64,000 bases of DNA, from the NCBI GenBank assembly GCA_038087875.1, contig CM075977.1:125488001-125552000 (forward strand). The letters are read 5' to 3'. This DNA comes from Malacoraja senta (Eukaryota). Numbering within the stretch: position 1 is the first letter of the stretch; every line of letters starts with the position of its first letter. The position numbers were made by a program, and so were the translations under genes. The notes below the pieces were generated by a model. That model was not told where the DNA came from. It ran no database searches and was given only the letters and a program-made list of their open reading frames with translations. This document shows, piece after piece, positions 12,842 to 25,844 of the stretch.

Positions 12842-13525
12842 CCGACTCGTCTGAAGCAGCTGCACCAAAGATCTTATTGCTATAGGATCTCTGAGCTGCA
12901 CCGCCCGGCCCCGCACCTTGCTGTTGGCAGGCGGAGGAGGGAGGCGACGGCGAGGAGTTCCCAACGGCCAAGGCAGCGGGGCGATGTTGTCCGAGGAGCG
13001 CTGACCTTCCTTCCTCCCGAACTCGCTCCCTCTCTCTCTTGTACGCCCCCTCCACCCCCCCCTTATCCTGGGACCCCTCCACTCCATCCCGCACTGATCC
13101 CCATTCCCGCCTCTATTCAGTCCTCACTGACATCCCCTGTGCTCCCCTCCCCATCTACCCCCCCTCCCCATCTATTCATCCTGCGCTCATCACCCTATCC
13201 ACCTCGCATTGATTCTCCTGCCACCCCCCCCCCCATCCTACACTGGTTCCCCAATTCACCCTGTACTTGCCCCTTTCCCATCCATCCTGCACTTCTCCTC
13301 CATCCATCCTGTACTGATGCCCCATCCATCCTGTAATAATCCACGCATTCATCCCGTACTGACCCACCCTCCATTTACCCTGCACCTTCCCCCCTTTCCC
13401 TCATTCATCCTGTTGTGATCCCCCATTCATCCTGCACAGACCCTCCGATCCACACTGTACTGACCCCCCCCTTTCATCCTGCGCTGATCACCCCCCCCCA
13501 TCCATCCTGTACTGAAGAAGGGAAC

Positions 13526-13620
13526 AGTCTGAAGAAGGGTCTCGACCCGAAACGTTGCATATTTCCTTCGCTCCATAGATGCTGCCTCACCCGCTGAGTT
13601 TCTACAGCACTTTTGTCTAC
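13526..13620 (+). mobile_element. Penelope-derived short insertion with hammerhead-like core, within a C-rich (ccatccatcctgtactga)-type repeat
   Basis: CTGAAGAAGGGTCTCGACCCGAAACGTT at 13529. Confidence 0.8.
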
Positions 13621-14684
13621 CCCCATCCATCCCGTACTGAACCCCCCCATTCAACACCACTGACATCACCGGTGCTCTCCCCTCACAATTTTACCTACTC
13701 CAACCAACACGTACTAATTCACCTGCCTCAATCCATCCATTCTGCACCGACTGCCTTCTAACTCCCCCCCCCACCCCTGCCATCTATCCACCCCGCACTG
13801 ATTCACACACACACCCCTCCCTGACCCTATTGTGCTGGAAATGTCTTCAGAGCAAACATTGACTATGTTTGATAACGGAATGCAATCAAATGTGTTTTAA
13901 TTCCCAATGTTATTATTTGTTTTAATCCATAAAGATGGATTAATTAAATTGTGAACACGTGAAACATTAAAACTGCAGTGTTCGATTGTCACTGCTGCCG
14001 TTGACACGTTATTACAGAATTCATTTTAACGGCAAATCAATGCTCTTAATATGGAGTATCAGTACTGTAGTCATTTAATGAGCAACATTCACAACTATAC
14101 GTACGCATATATGTTACCATGGTCCAGGATTTATTGACACAGGTTGATCATACGCTGAATAATCCAACCACATTTTTGTTTGGAAGTGGAAAGAACTAAT
14201 AGAAATTGCATTAATTGCAATGTGTATAAAGAGTTGAGATACTGTCTTATAATTTTGCTGCATGTTATTGTGGGATATATCATGTCTTGATTGGTGAATA
14301 TGTTTAGTTTGTGAGTTTATTTGAAGCAGAAATAATATGTGAATGCTTCATTGAGTATAATTCCGACTGGTAACTACGCACTTCGTCCAAGCACATTCTC
14401 GCACGCGTCATGGAAGCCGTCTTAAATGACCGCCTAAACTGTCATTTGGCAACCTAAAAAGCTGCCAAGGTTGCCCGGCTGGCAACTGGGAAAAAAAGTT
14501 AAGCGAGAGCCCTGATTATGATGGGACATGTTCATAAACTTAATGAAAGCACATTTTTACATTGGCAATTCCAATTATAAATGTAGACAAATAAATTCCT
14601 GTTTTTTTATGGGAATCAGGAGAGAATTAACAAACAAATCGTGACCAATGCATGACTGCTGATTAAGAGTTTAATGTAGGAAAA

Positions 14685-15352
14685 TAAATGAATGAATGAA
14701 TACGTTTATTGGCCAAGTATTCACATACAAGGAATTTGCCTTGGTGCTCCGCCCACAAGTGACCACATGACATACAGTGACAGTTAGGAATGACACATAA
14801 AACATTAAACATTAATAATAAAACATTATTGATTAAATATGTGAATTAAATAAAATACCAGAGCAAAAGGAGGCTACAGATTTTTGGTTATTGAGTAGAG
14901 CCACTACTCGTGGAGAAAAAATGTTTTTATGTCTGGCTGAGGCAGCTTTGACAGTCCGGAGTCACCTTCCAGAGGAAATTGATTCCAAGAGTTTGTGGCC
15001 GGGGTGAGAGATGATCTTACCAGCTCGCTTCCTGGCCCTTGCAATGTACAGTTCGTCAATGGAGGGAAGGTTGAAGCCAATAACCTTCTCAGCTGATCGG
15101 ACGATTCGCTGCAGCCTCCGGGTGTCGTGCTTGGTGGCTGAGCCAAACCAGACCATGATGGAAAGGGTGAGGACAGACTTTACGATGGTCGTATAGATTT
15201 GGACCATCATTGCCTGTGGCATATTGTGCTTTCTCAGCTGCTGCAGGAAATACATCCTCTGTTGTGCCTTTTTTTCTGTGGAGTCGATGGTGGCCTACCC
15301 ATTTAAGGTCCTTGGAGATAATGGTTCCCAGGAACATAAAAGACTCCCAGGA
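14685..15352 (-). mobile_element. Rex/Babar-type LINE 3' fragment
   Basis: ORF 14962-15255 (YFLQQLRK...SVLTLSIMVWFGS) and FLGTIISKDLKW motif; microsatellite (tgaa)n tail. Confidence 0.75.
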
Positions 15353-15414
15353 ACTTAAATAGACATGGAATGTAAGCAATTTGTTTATTCGTGCACACGA
15401 TAGAAAATGCTTAA

Positions 15415-16238
15415 AGGGGCTGTCCACTTGGGCGACCTAATCCGCGAGTTAAGAAGAGTGTCTTTGACCTTCAAGCTCGAGGGCACTTGCCTGGAAAGCC
15501 TCGAGCTGGATCGACCGTCCGCATTGAAACCGCGAGCTGGNNNNNNNNNNNNNNNNNNNNNNNNNNNNNNNNNNNNNNNNNNNNNNNNNNNNNNNNNNNN
15601 NNNNNNNNNNNNNNNNNNNNNNNNNNNNNNNNNNNNNNNNNNNNNNNNNNNNNNNNNNNNNNNNNNNNNNNNNNNNNNNNNNNNNCAGGGAAAGCGGGGG
15701 AGCGTTGTCCACACGATGAAGAGGAAGGTAAATGGCTGCCACAGTGCACGGGAAGTCCTTTAGAGAGCGCGGAGGGGGGGGGGGGGGGAGAAGGGGAGAG
15801 AGGGAAGAGAAGGGGGGGAGAAGGAGTGTAGACACTTTAAAGAAGTTCACTAAAGTTTAGCGCGCATTTAACCTACCAGTAGGTTTTCCTTGGTCTGAAA
15901 ACTCCAATGAGCCAATCAAAATGCCCGGTCAGCGAAGGAGATTGCCTATGGCGGCCCTCGACTGCTTGTAACTAAATAGTGACCCCACTCCACTGCACTA
16001 TGAGTCAAAAAGAACCATGCCGACCAAATTTTACTCGCGGATATTTTTTCAACATGCTGAAACATTTCCGCGACTTAGCTGAGGCCATGAGTATTTAGGA
16101 ACTTCCCTCGAGCATGAAGGAGAGTTCCAGCGACCTCATAGGACCTTCTAGGACCACGTGTCGACCATGCTGCGATTTTGAAGGTTGAAGACACTCTTCT
16201 AAACTCGCAGATTAGGTTGCCCAAGTGGGACAGACCCG
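15415..16238. mobile_element. PIF/Harbinger-type MITE spanning an assembly gap
   Basis: TIR aggggctgtc(c)cacttgggc...gcccaagtgggacagacccg; TAA TSD on both sides; related to 20251-21028. Confidence 0.75.
15541..15685. other. Assembly gap (145 N)
   Basis: Run of n characters. Confidence 1.
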
Positions 16239-17187
16239 TAAGTCTATATATCCTCCCAACTGATGTCATCAAGACCTGTTCTTTGTTAGGGTGAAAATCG
16301 TCAGCAATTGACTAAACTAAGGAAAACCAGGAAATTACAAACTTTGCAACAGAGCTTTTTTCAAGTTTCTATTGTGCTTGTGCAAAAACATCATGCTGGA
16401 AGCTGGCCCACAAAATTAAATATGCTGATTATGGGTTAGTTACCAGATATTTCCAGCTTGTTGCACCTATTTAGAGGAAGACTTCACTGGGCACTTTTTT
16501 GAGAAATAATAAAGTACTTAATTTACTTTAAATAATGACCACATAGAATGAACCAGTAAGTGGTTGTAAGTTTTAAAGGAGATGTGTGGGGCAAGTTTTT
16601 TTACACAGGGTGATGGATATTTGGAGCGTGCTGCTGGAGGTAGTGGTGGAGGCAGATATGAAGGTGACATTTCAGAGGCTTTTAGATGGACACATGCAGA
16701 GAATGGAAGGTTATGGATTATATATTGGCAGATGAGATTAGATTATTTTGGCATCATGTTGGGACAATGTAAGCTGAAGGGCCTGTTCCTGTGCTGTACT
16801 TTTCTATGTTCAAGTATCGTAGATATAATTAATTTTCAGTTAAGAGTCGGTTGTTAACAATGGTGGATTTTGTGATGTCATTTTTTTCAGATACATTAAT
16901 AAACGTAATTACTACTTAAATGCACAAAGGATATATTAATGCGGGATAAATGCATTCTTAAGATATCAAAATGCACTGGTTCATGACAATTTTAACCTTG
17001 AGTAGAAACTAGGGCAAAATAATTTATTATGATTGGTGTAATTTAAAGTGTTTATACTAAGTTTACTTATCCACACACTGCTGAAATTAACCCCAACAAG
17101 ATTGTGAAACAATTGTGAACAGATTTAAATTTCTCTTGAATTTCCACCAGATAGTTTGTATCCAAATATTCCCCATTGAACAACATA

Positions 17188-17290
17188 AGTCTGAAGAAGG
17201 GCCTCGACCCGAAACATCACACATTCCTTCTCTCCAAAGATGCTGCCTGTCCCGCTGAGTTACTCCAGCATTTTGTGTCTACCTTTGATC
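17188..17290 (+). mobile_element. Penelope-derived short insertion with hammerhead-like core
   Basis: CTGAAGAAGGGCCTCGACCCGAAACATC at 17191. Confidence 0.8.
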
Positions 17291-17309
17291 AATTGAATAT
17301 TGATTGATT

Positions 17310-17615
17310 GAGTACAGCATGGAAACAGGCCCTTCGGCTCACCAAATACACACCGGCCATTGATCGCCCTTTCACATTATTTCGATGTTACCTGACTTGT
17401 ATCTACTCCCTGCACACTCGGGGCAATTTACAGTGACCAATTAGCCTACAAATCCGCACATCTTTGGGATGTGAGAGGAAACCGAAACATCGGGAGGAAG
17501 CCCAAGCTGTCACAGAAGGTGCAAACTCCACGCAGACAGCACCCGAGGTCAGAATCGAACCCAGGTCTCTGGCACTGTGGGGTAGCAGCTTTTCCAGTTG
17601 CGCCACTGCGCCCTG
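17310..17615 (-). mobile_element. tRNA-derived SINE (HE1-like)
   Basis: Homologous to 9172-9480; B box ggttcgattc on the minus strand. Confidence 0.75.
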
Positions 17616-17619
17616 CTAT

Positions 17620-19139
17620 TCTGAGGATCTTGTGGGAGGGAGGAACTGTAGGAAATTCCACATTAATCAGGAAATGCTGTTAGGTAAACTGTTCGGACCG
17701 AAGGCAGATAAATCCCCAGGGCCTGATGGTCTGCAACCCAGAGTACTCAAGGAGATGGCCCTAGAAATCGTGGATGCATTGGTGATCATTTTCAATGTTC
17801 TATAGACTCTGGATCCTGAGGACTGGAGGTTAGTTAAAGTGACCACATTTTTTAAGAAAGGAGGGAGAGGGAAAACACAGAATTATAGACCAGTTAACCT
17901 GACATCGGTAGTGGGGAAGATGCTTGAGTCGATCATTAAGGATGTAATAGCAGCGCATTTGGAAAGCAGTGACAGGATCGGTCAAAATCTGCATGGATTT
18001 CTGAAGGGGAAATCATGCTTGACTAATCTTCTGGAATTTTTTGAGGATGTAACAAGTAGAATGGATAAGGGAGAGCCAGTGGATGTGGTGTATCTGGATT
18101 TTCAAAAATCCTTTGCCAAGGTCCACACAAGAGATCAGCGTGCAAAATTTGAGCACATGGTATTGGGAATAGGGTATTGACATTGATATAGAACAGGAAG
18201 CAAAGAATAGGAATCAGCGGGTCCTTTTAGAATGGCAGGCATTGACTGGTTATTTACAATATATATTGACGATTTAGACAAAGGAATTAAATGTAACATC
18301 TCCAAGTTTGCGGCTGACACAAAGCTGAGTGCCAATGTGAGCTGCGAGGAGGGTGCTATGAGGCTGCAGGGTGACTTGGATAGGTTGGGTGAGTGTGCAG
18401 ATGCAGTATAATGTGGATAAATGTGAGATTATCCACTTTGGTGGCAAGAACAAGAAGGCAGATTATCTGAATAGTTTCAGATTAGGAAAAGGGGAGGTGC
18501 AACGAGACCTGGGTGTGCTTGTACATCAGTTACTGAAAGCAATCATGCAGGTACAGCAGGCAGTGAAGAAAGCAAATGGCATGTTGGCTTTCAGAGCGAG
18601 AAGATTTGAGTATAGGAGCAAGGAGGTCATACTGCAGTTGTACAGGGCCCAGGTGAGACCACACCTAGAGTATCATGTGCAGTTTTGGTCTCCCAATTTG
18701 AGGAAGGACATTATTGCTATTGAGGGAGCGGAGCGTAGGTTCACCTGGTTAATTCCCAGGATGGTGGGACTGACATATATTGAAAGGATGGATCGACTGG
18801 GCTTATATTCACTGGAATTTAGAAGGATGAGAGGGGATCTTATCGAAACATATAAAATTCTTAAGGGATTGGACAGGCTAGATGCAGGAAAAATGTTTCC
18901 GATGTTGGGGGAGTCCAGAACCAGGGGTCGCAGGTTAAGAATAAGGGGTAGGCTATTTAGGACTGAGATGAGGAAAAACGTCTTCACCCAGAGAGTTGTG
19001 AATCTGTGGAATTCTCTGCCACGGAAGGCAGTGAAGGCCAATTCACTGGAACGGGATACTGATTTAGAATGATCAGCCATGAATGGTGGTGCTGGCTCGA
19101 AGGGCCGAATGGCCTACTCCTGCACCTAGTTTCTATTCC
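17620..19139 (+). mobile_element. CR1 LINE, 5'-truncated, frameshifted RT
   Basis: KSPGPDGL, NYRPVNLTS, YLDFQK and RPHLEY motifs in ORFs 17464-19072; CR1 3' hairpin tail. Confidence 0.92.
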
Positions 19140-20250
19140 TAAATCTGTATTTTTATGACCCTGCAATTGGCAGATGTTTTATGCTCATTTAACAATTTAA
19201 TTTAATGATGTTATCATTGTTCTCACTGAAAGAAAAGCTCATGGGATATGCTACTCTATTAAAGTATTATTTTAAAAGAAAATAGCAAATTCTGCATTTG
19301 ACTCATCTTAATCCCAAAGATAGCAACTTTTAAACTTGTCCTTTTTGTCGGTGAATTTAGGCTCTTGACACTTGACGTCTAGTTTCTTTAATTTAAAAAC
19401 TACCATTTAATTCTAGGTGCATAATATTGGTACATTCCATCACCATGGTTTCTGTTTACTTTCATTTGTGATGTCAGAATTTTGTGTCTTTATGATTTCA
19501 ACATTTGTTTTGCTTTACACTTTTGAAGCTGAAAATCACTTGCAGATGCATATCTGCATTAAAATAAGCTTATATTAAACATTATTTAATGTCAAACCCA
19601 AACAGGTAAGAATAATGTGGTGCACAGATCACATTTTTGATAGGAAAAGCTATTTAACAGGTTTTTGTGCCTCCATATTTTTTGTCCCTCATCTTTTCTT
19701 CACTGCCAACAAAGTTTTGGTTTGTATATGTAAGCCATACTCAGAGTTGTATTATTAATGATTAAATGCATGTCTACATGTTATCCTTCAAAAGGATGAT
19801 CCATGCTTAGTTCTGTTTCTACATTTGATTACCTGACCAATATTCAATTCAGTAGGAAACTTCTAGATAGAAACCTGCAGTCTGCTTCCTAAGTGTATTA
19901 TTATAATTGTTTAGTCCTGTGTCATTCAGTACTGAAGCGACTCTATTAACTGTGTCACTGTACTACCCGCACATAGTAAAATGTTTAATATTTCGAGAAA
20001 ATATAATTGAACAACGCACCATTTGGGGAAAAGGACATAGATCATCATGAAGATCATTTTTTTTACCCTTTGTTGCTTGTTAACATGTTAACTGTGAGCA
20101 TTTAAACACTACCAAAATCAATAATTTATCTTGCTGCAGTGTTCAAATTTCCCCAGAATGCTGTTACATTTTTAAAAATCAGATGGTTCCTTCTCTCTTT
20201 GAATAGGTGAATTTCATTTAAGAGGATCAGGGAGTCATTTTGTTGTCTAA

Positions 20251-21028
20251 AGGGCCTGTCCCACTATGGCGACCTTATTGGCGAGTTTAGGAGAGTCTGT
20301 GCTTGCCACAAGCTCTCAGCATGGTCGACACATGGTCGTAGGTGGTCTCTGGTAAGTCTCCTTCATGGTTGAGAGGAGTTCCCGCATTGTGATTACTATT
20401 CGCGGGCCTCAGTTTGGCCGTGGAAAATCTTTCAACATGTTGAAAATGTTTCTGCGAGCAAAAATTGGTCGGCATGGAGAAAATCAATACTTTTGAACTC
20501 GTAGTGCAGTGGTCATGGGGTCGCCATGTCGTTGAAGGTAGTCGAGGTAGCCGTAGGTAATCTCCTTTGCTGACCGGGCATTTTAATTGACTCATTGAGG
20601 GAAAAAAAAACATAAGCCCGAGTTTTCAGAACCAAGGAAAACCAACCGGTAATGTTAAATGCCCACTAAACTTCACAGCTGTGTATCTCTGGCTTATTAA
20701 AAGTTGTCTGGCTTCTTAAAAGTGTCTCCACTCTTTCTCTCCCCCCCCCCCCCGCTCTTTTAAAGGACTTACCGTACACTGTGCCAGCTGTCTTTAACCT
20801 TCTTGTTCATCGCGGGGTATCACCTTGGCTTTGCACCGTGTGAATTTCAGACAGCACTCCCCCGCTTTCCCTGGCCCCTGCCTTTGCGATGTGTTTGTGT
20901 GTGTGTGTGTGTGTATATGTGTGTTCAGCGCTGACGGTCGATCCAGCTCGCGGTTTTTCAGGCGAGTGCCCCCCAGCTTGAAGGTCGCAGACAGTTTGCT
21001 GAAAAGTCGCATAAGTGGGACAGGCCAT
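20251..21028. mobile_element. PIF/Harbinger-type MITE
   Basis: TIR agggcctgtcccact...agtgggacaggccat; TAA TSD at 20248-20250 and 21029-21031. Confidence 0.8.
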
Positions 21029-21169
21029 TAACACAGAAAGTGCTCCTATGGCCCACTGCATAGAAACATAGAAAATAGGTGCAGTAGGCCATTCGGCCCT
21101 TCGAGCCTGCACCGCCATTCAATATGATCATGGCATCTGTTCTGACCGTCATGATCTCAGTATTGATTA

Positions 21170-22110
21170 TACTTCTTTACAGAAAGCCGTTGATAAGACA
21201 TTCATTTGGATAATTAAAAGTGTTGGGATACATAGCATGGGTTGAAGGTTGGTTGTCATCTAGGGAACAGAGTGTAAGAATAATTGGGGCGTGCAGTGCC
21301 ATACAGTGATTAGTGAGATATCCATGGGATCCGAACTTGGACCCCATCTATTCACAATATATATCAATGATTTGGATGAGATAACAGATTGTCATTTTTT
21401 TTAAAGTGTCTGACTGCTAAAAAAAACTGTTAGGGTCAAGAGTTGTGAGGAAAATACAAAGAGACTTCAAGGCAGTTTGGAAAAGTTAAGTGAGTAGAAA
21501 TATGTGGTAGATGCAATATAACCGAGACAAGTGTGAAGTTTTACATTGTGTTTGAAAAAGCGAGTATCATAGAAATGGCTAGAAACTGGGAAATGCCCAT
21601 GTGCAAAACAATCAGACTGCCCTAATACACCCATCATTGAAACCAAAGACCTAGATGCAACAAATGGCTTAGGAGACAGATGGTATGCATGCCTCCCTTG
21701 CAAGATGTTTTGAGTATGGGAGCAAGGATGGCTCACTGTAATTAATCAGGGGCTTGGGGAGACCCCACGTGGAATATTGTATGCCATTTTGGTCTTTAAC
21801 CGAAGAGTACATTTTCATGGATGGAATACAATGCAGGTTCATCAGAGTGATTCTTGGGATGACAAACTATCATAGGAGAAATTGGATCAAATAGGCCGGC
21901 ATTCACTAAAGTATGGAGGAACAAGAAGAGATCACATTGAGATGTAAAGAAATTGTAGTTGTCTGGACAGCTGGATGTTTCCCTTGGAAGGGGGATCTAG
22001 AACTAGGAGCGGGGTATTGGGATACTGTTACTTAGGATTGTGATTAGAAATTTCTTCAGTCAGAGAATGATGAGCCTATAGACTTCCCTAACCCAGAACA
22101 TAATGGAGGT
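21170..22110 (+). mobile_element. Old degenerate CR1 LINE fragment
   Basis: Recognisable FTIYINDLDE and RPHVEY-like remnants with many stop codons. Confidence 0.65.
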
Positions 22111-22376
22111 CACCATTATTTTTGAAAATCTTGCTTGACAAATAACTTTTATTCTGAAACTCTCTAGCCCCTAACCCCCCCCCCCCCCCGCTTTGTTCTA
22201 TTGTCACAATTGTTTTTTTATAATGCAATTTGTTATTTCACTAACTTTCTTGGCACACAACTATTGTATTGTCGTAGAACTACTTGTAGTCCATCAGCTT
22301 ATTTGGTTAGTTCAGTTTATTAATCACAGGTATAGTGAAAAAATGATTTCCTTCTGTAAATCAACATTATACTTCT

Positions 22377-22470
22377 GTCTGAAGAAGGGTCTTGAGCCGA
22401 AACATCACCCATCCTTCTCTCCATAGACGCTGCCTCACCCGCTGAGTTTCTCCAGCTTTTTGTGTCTAAC
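22377..22470 (+). mobile_element. Penelope-derived short insertion with degenerate hammerhead-like core
   Basis: CTGAAGAAGGGTCTTGAGCCGAAACATC; flanks ttatacttctg / ttatactcctg resemble a TSD. Confidence 0.75.
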
Positions 22471-23174
22471 TTATACTCCTGCTAGTTCAGTGAGTCATTT
22501 GGCAAAAATCTGAAAGGAGCATTTTCCTTATACCTTGCATAAGGAAATTAAAAAATAGTTTCAGAACACAGTATAGCATTTTACTAAGAAAGTGAAAATA
22601 TTGGTACAGCATTAGTATGTCATTAAGATGGAAATGATGCAGAGAAAATTTACAAGGAAGTTGCCAGGACTCAAGGACCTGAGCTTATAGGAAGAGGTCG
22701 GCAGACTAGGACTTTATTCCTTGGAGCACAGGAGGTTAAGGGATGATCTTAGAAGTGCATAAAATCATGAGGGGAATAGGTGGGATGAATGAGTTTTTTT
22801 AAACCTAGTAGTGGAGGCAAGATCCAGAGAATATAGATTTAAGGAGAGAGGGGAGAAATTTGAGGGGAACCTGAGTGCCAACTTTTCACAAGGGGGGGGG
22901 AGGAAGGGTGGCAAGGGGGGTTGGCCTAATGAATATGGATAGGAGAGGTTTAGAAGGATACGGGTCAAGTGCAGGCAAATGGGACTAGTGTAGATGAATC
23001 ATCTTGGTTGGCATGGGCAAGCTGGGCTGAAAGGCCTGTTTCCATGTTCTTGGTATTTGTACTTTGCAGCTGGGTGCTCCAGTATATGGCTGCTGTGCAT
23101 TGTGCAGCCTGTCTTATACGTTGGGTTTTGCTATGTTTACAGCCATTCTGATTGTGCTTCACTTCGTGCTGCAG

Positions 23175-23265
23175 GAGGTCCTGAAGCAACTGCAGGGTAG
23201 CATTGAAGACGAGGCTCTGGCTCTGGCTTCTGCTGGACAGATTGATCTACTAGAGCGACTAAACG
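23175..23265 (+). CDS. APC: APC coding exon (second coding exon; EVLKQLQGSIEDEALALASAGQIDLLERLN), N-terminal oligomerisation coiled-coil
   Basis: Translation matches human APC EVLKQLQGSIEDEAMASSGQIDLLERLK as recalled, plus 2 extra residues. Acceptor ctgcag| at 23174, donor G|gtaagt at 23266. 91 nt, phase 0 to 1. Confidence 0.96.
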
Positions 23266-23673
23266 GTAAGTCTTGTAGCCAAATACATACACTAAACATT
23301 TTATTGCACTTTCAATTTCATAGCCATTGAACAACATAGCTTCAATATTATTTATAAAGGAAGCTTTGGTGGTATTTTTCAGATTATTTTTGAAATGATC
23401 TGACCAGTACACGAGAGATAGTTTGTCAGTTTCCTCATCTGATTTTGTTTTTGTCTGGGATGTCCACTTATATATTTGGATATCTACAGTTTTTTGCAGT
23501 GCCTAATGCACATTCTTCTCCCAATTAGCAGTTTCAATCTGAGTACGAAAAATATTTTAATGAATTTAGAAATATACTACCCTTGATTTTGAGTCATTTG
23601 TTTACTTTATACTAATAATGGAGGGGAGAATCTGAGGTTTAAATAGCTGGAATACACTTCAAGTTTCAGAGTT

Positions 23674-25318
23674 AGACAATAGACAATAGGTGCAGAAGTA
23701 GGCCATTCGGCCCTTCGAGCCAGCACCGCCATTTAATGTGATCATGGCTGATCATCCCCAATCAGTACCCCGTTCCTGCCTTCTCCCCATATCCCCCTGA
23801 CTCCACTATTTTTAAGAGCCCTATCTAGCTCTCTTGAAAGCATCCAGAGAAACTGCCTCCACCACCCTCTGAGGCAGAGAATTCCACAGACTCACCAATC
23901 TCTGTGAGAAAAAGTGTTTCGTCGTCTCAGTTCTAAATGGCTTACTCCTTATTCTTAAACTGTGGCCCCTGGTTCTGGACTCCCCCAGCATCAGGAACAT
24001 GTTTCCTGCCTCTAGCGTGTCCAAACCCTTAACAATCTTATATGCTTCAATGAGATATCCTCTCATCCTCTAAACTCCAGAGTGTCCAAGCCCAGCTGCT
24101 CCATTCTCTCGGCATATGACAGTCCCGCCATCCCGGGTATCAACCTTGTAAACCTACGCTGCACTCCCTCAATAGCAAGAATGTCCTTCCTCAAATTAGG
24201 GGACCAAAACTGCACACAATACTCCAGGTGTGGTCTCACTAGGGCTCTGTACAACTGCAGAAGAACCTCTTTGCTCCTATATTCAACTCCTCTTGTTATA
24301 AAGGCCAACATGCCATTCGCTTTCTTCACTGCCTGCTGTATCTGCATGCTTACTTTCATAGATTGATGAACAAGGAACCCCACATCCCGTTGTACTTCCC
24401 CTTTTCCCAACTTGATACCATTTAGATAGTAATCTGCCTTCCTGTTTTTGCTACCAAAGTGGATAACCTCACATTTATCCGCATTAAACTTCATCTGCCA
24501 TGCATCTGCCCACTCCCCCAACCTGTCCAAGTCACCCTGCATTCTCATAGCATCCTCCTCACAGTTCACACTGCCACCCAGCTTTGTGTCATCTGCAAAT
24601 TTGCTAATGTTACTTTGAATCCCTTCATCCAAATCATTGATGTTTATTGTAAATAGCCGCGGTCCTAGCACCGAGTCGTGCAGTACCCCACTAGTCACTG
24701 CCTGCCATTCTGAAAGGGACCCGTTAATCCCTACTCCTTGTTTCCTGTCTGCCAACCAATTTTCTATCCATGTCAGCACTCAACCCCCAATACCAGGTGC
24801 CCTAATTTTTCCCACTAATCTCCTATGTGGGACCTTATCAAATGCTTTCTGAAAGTCCAGGTACACTACATCCACTGGCTCTCCCTTGTCCATTTTCCTG
24901 GTTACATCTTCAAAAAAATCCAGAAGATTAGTCAAGCATGATTTCTCCTTCGTAAATCCATGTTGACTCGGACCGATCCTGTTACTGCTATCCAAATGTG
25001 CGGCTATTTCATCTTTTATAATTGACTCCAGCATCTTCCCCACCACCGATGTCAGGCTAACTGGTCTATAATTCCCTGTTTTCTCTCTCCCACCTTTCTT
25101 AAAAAGTGGGATAACATTAGCTACCCTCCAATCCACAGGAACTGATCCTGAGTCTATAGAACATTGGAAAATTATCACCAATGCATCCACGATTTCTGGA
25201 GCCACTTCCTTAAGTACCCTGGGATGCAGACCATCAGGCCCTGGGGATTTATCAGCCTTCAGTCCCATCAGTCTATCCAACACCATTTCCTGCCTAATGT
25301 GGATTTCCTTCAGTTCCT
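23674..25318 (-). mobile_element. CR1 LINE, 5'-truncated (RT plus 3' end)
   Basis: ORFs 24780-25286, 24063-24779 and 23821-24066 carry KFADDTK, YLDFQKAFDKVPH and RPHLEYCVQFW; (ctattgt)n tail. Confidence 0.95.
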
Positions 25319-25844
25319 TCTATATTCTACGTTGTAAGCTGATTGCTTTTGTTGCTTGACTGCTATCTGTTTGTGCCATATCCTGTAGCACCAGAATGGA
25401 CAAAATGAGAAATTCTACTGCTCATATATTCCTACAGGGCAAATTTTCAATGGCTGCTGTATTGTATCCTCTGCAAATTTGCTCTTATGAAATTTATCTC
25501 TTCAGGCAGATAGATCCACTGTTAGCAGCTCCTTCAATCACTTGCATTAGTTTCTTCAATTTTTTCAGTCTTACGGTGGGGAAAATTTGGCATTTAAAAT
25601 GAGAATAGTATTTATCAAATTATAGCCCCCAATCATTGCTCCGCCAGTGCTTGATCCAACGCTGCCATCTTATGCCTAATACCACTGCTGTGTAAAGTTC
25701 TGAAGATCTTGTCAAATCTTGTCCTCAAATAGTTTTTCTCAATGCATTATGGTCTTGCCGCAGCCTCATTCTTGTATCTCAATGATGCTGGAAAGCCTTT
25801 AAGGGATCAGGCCATTTATCTCAAAACATCTGATTACGACCTTT

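Larger units (their letters stand above)
12260..14514. mobile_element. Non-autonomous hAT-type DNA transposon (5-bp TSD, hAT5-like)
   Basis: TIR cagggctc...gagccctg; TSD attat at 12255-12259 and 14515-14519; subterminal GGCAAC/GTTGCC repeats; no transposase ORF. Confidence 0.75.

Noticed and set aside
12400-13050. CpG-rich stretches as APC promoter CpG islands (also 46455-47030, 49600-50220, 62550-63060)
   Set aside because: Each lies inside a transposon or nested insertion with defined boundaries; high CpG more likely reflects recent insertion.
15385-15850. ORFs spanning X residues
   Set aside because: Artefacts of the 145-N gap.
1-23174. First coding exon of APC (MAAASYDQLLKQVEALK...)
   Set aside because: Checked ATGGC(T/A)GC starts by eye (e.g. 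6108 reads MAAVVL then stop); none continue as APC. It is presumably upstream of the window.
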